Shown here: in pieces, positions 62,533 to 64,000 of the stretch
How positions within the stretch are numbered: position 1 is the first letter of the stretch
Layout: every line of letters begins with the position of its first letter
Assembly (NCBI GenBank): GCA_043228905.1
Contig: JBHGNT010000003.1
Span: forward strand, 16,802,001-16,866,000
DNA length: 64,000 nt
Source: Azolla caroliniana
Taxonomy: Eukaryota; Plantae; Polypodiophyta
Direction of reading: 5' to 3'
Position numbers and translations under genes: made by a program
The notes under the pieces: generated by a model
The model's database searches: none
The model's input: only the letters and a program-made list of their open reading frames with translations
Told to the model about the DNA's origin: nothing

Positions 62533-64000
62533 TATCATAGACACAATGGAATGTAGGGGGTTGAACCCATGACCTCCTAGTCTTATTGGACAACCTTACC
62601 AATTGAGCTACATCCATCTATGCATTATTGTATTGTAATATAAGTTTCAACTTATTACATTCTATGTTAATCACTAGAACTTTCAAGAAACTTCTAGCGA
62701 ATGCATCTTCATGCACGCTCTAGAAGTTTCCATGCACTCTCTAGATGTTTCCTAGCTTTCATGCATACTACCACATTCTTGTATAAATACTTCGGTGCAC
62801 CTTGATTACAATCAAGGTGAACAACACCAATTACGGAAGCATAATTTAGTTCGTTCTCTTTTGTCTACCTTCTCTCTCTCTTGTTCTCTCGTCTATGATG
62901 TCTCTCTATCTATATATCTATCTTACGCTCTCTCTTAATATTTAGCTCGCCTACTTATCCCTGTCATGGTCTACCCGTCCGTGATATTTTGTTCACCTTC
63001 CCTTCTTGTTACCATGTCCGACTTGGCCTTAAGCCAAGTAATGGCAGCCTTGGAACAACTTAAATTAGAAAATTAAAGCCTTCGTCAATCATTACGGGAG
63101 CTTTAAAATAGCACAGCCAACAACCCTCCACCCGTTGAGCCTCACCTTCCGTTAGCACCTAACCCAACCCCTTCCTCTTCCCATTTATATGTCCTCGAAC
63201 CTAACGTCAGCCTATTTGACAAATTCAACGGCTCGAGGGCGCATCTTTGTGGCTTCATCAATCAAATTTGGCTTATCATCCGCTTACAACCCCAACGTTA
63301 TGCTAGCGATTTCTCTCGGGTTGCCCTCGTTGGCACGCTTCTCTTGGGGCTAGCACAAGCGTTGTTTGCACCATTGATCGAGACCTCATCCCCACTCTTA
63401 GACAATTTTCCTGCCTTCTTGTAGAGCTTGAAGCCACATTTGGAGAGACAGATCGACGACGAACAACACTCACGAAACTCTATACCTTACAACAAGGCTC
63501 TCGTCCAACTTCCGTCTATGCTTCAGAGTTTCGTCAGATCATGTGCGATGTCAATTGTGATGACCAAGCTTTATGCGACCAGTTTCGTCGAGGCCTCAGA
63601 AATGATGTCAAGACTCTTCTCTTAAACTTTCCGGAGCCCACATCATTGTCCTAGGTAATCTCCCAAGCTGTTCATGTGATAATTTTCTTTTCGAGCTACG
63701 ACAAGAGGAACGTGGGACTCGAGGCTTTCCGTCTTCCTCCCACAATGCTCCACTCACAAGGCCATATATATCAGTTTTGCCAAGCATGCCATGGTTGCCA
63801 TCTTCCAATGATACTCATACCCCGATGGAGGTCGACCCCCGTACCCCAATGGAGATTGACAATGCTCGGTTCCAACCATTAACCGATGTCCAACGACAAC
63901 ATCGACGTGACAATGGCCTCTACCTCTATTGTGATACCCCCACCCATGTCATTCGCCATTGCCCGATGCACAACCCTCATCATCAATCCCACCGTGCACG
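62533..64000 (+). mobile_element. Tcn1-like Ty3 element F: 5' LTR ~62533-62986 and decayed gag, running off the window
   Basis: TATAAATA at 62782; gag FDKFNGSRAHLCGFINQI and DDQALCDQFRRGLRNDVK is homologous to the gag of element D; termini TATCA...TGATA (probably decayed TGTCA...TGACA). Confidence 0.85.

Overview
Eukaryotic land-plant genomic DNA, most likely a non-seed plant such as a fern or lycophyte (inferred from the TE lineages present). Positions 1-36500 are a dense nest of LTR retrotransposons up to four levels deep: Tat/OTA-like Ty3, several Ty1/Copia, and Tcn1-like chromoviruses. The nest includes one intact Copia with identical LTRs, and a LINE with a 17-bp TSD lies nearby. Positions 37000-48400 hold two convergent spliced host genes: a 12-coding-exon DUF1664-family gene (+) and a class-A heat-shock factor (-). 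Positions 49000-62500 appear to be a decayed DNA transposon split by a Ty3 insertion. It carries a Sola-like DDE transposase (-) and, divergently, an intron-containing ParB-like plus beta-class amino (N4C/N6A) DNA methyltransferase gene (+). The most unusual signals are: (1) the transposon-borne ParB-methyltransferase; (2) Ty3 elements whose tRNA-Arg PBS is antisense to pol and sits where the PPT should be; (3) two self-priming chromovirus families whose LTRs carry an outward-facing tRNA-like A/B-box cassette and a U3 hairpin covering the self-primer. All calls were made by eye, without database searches.
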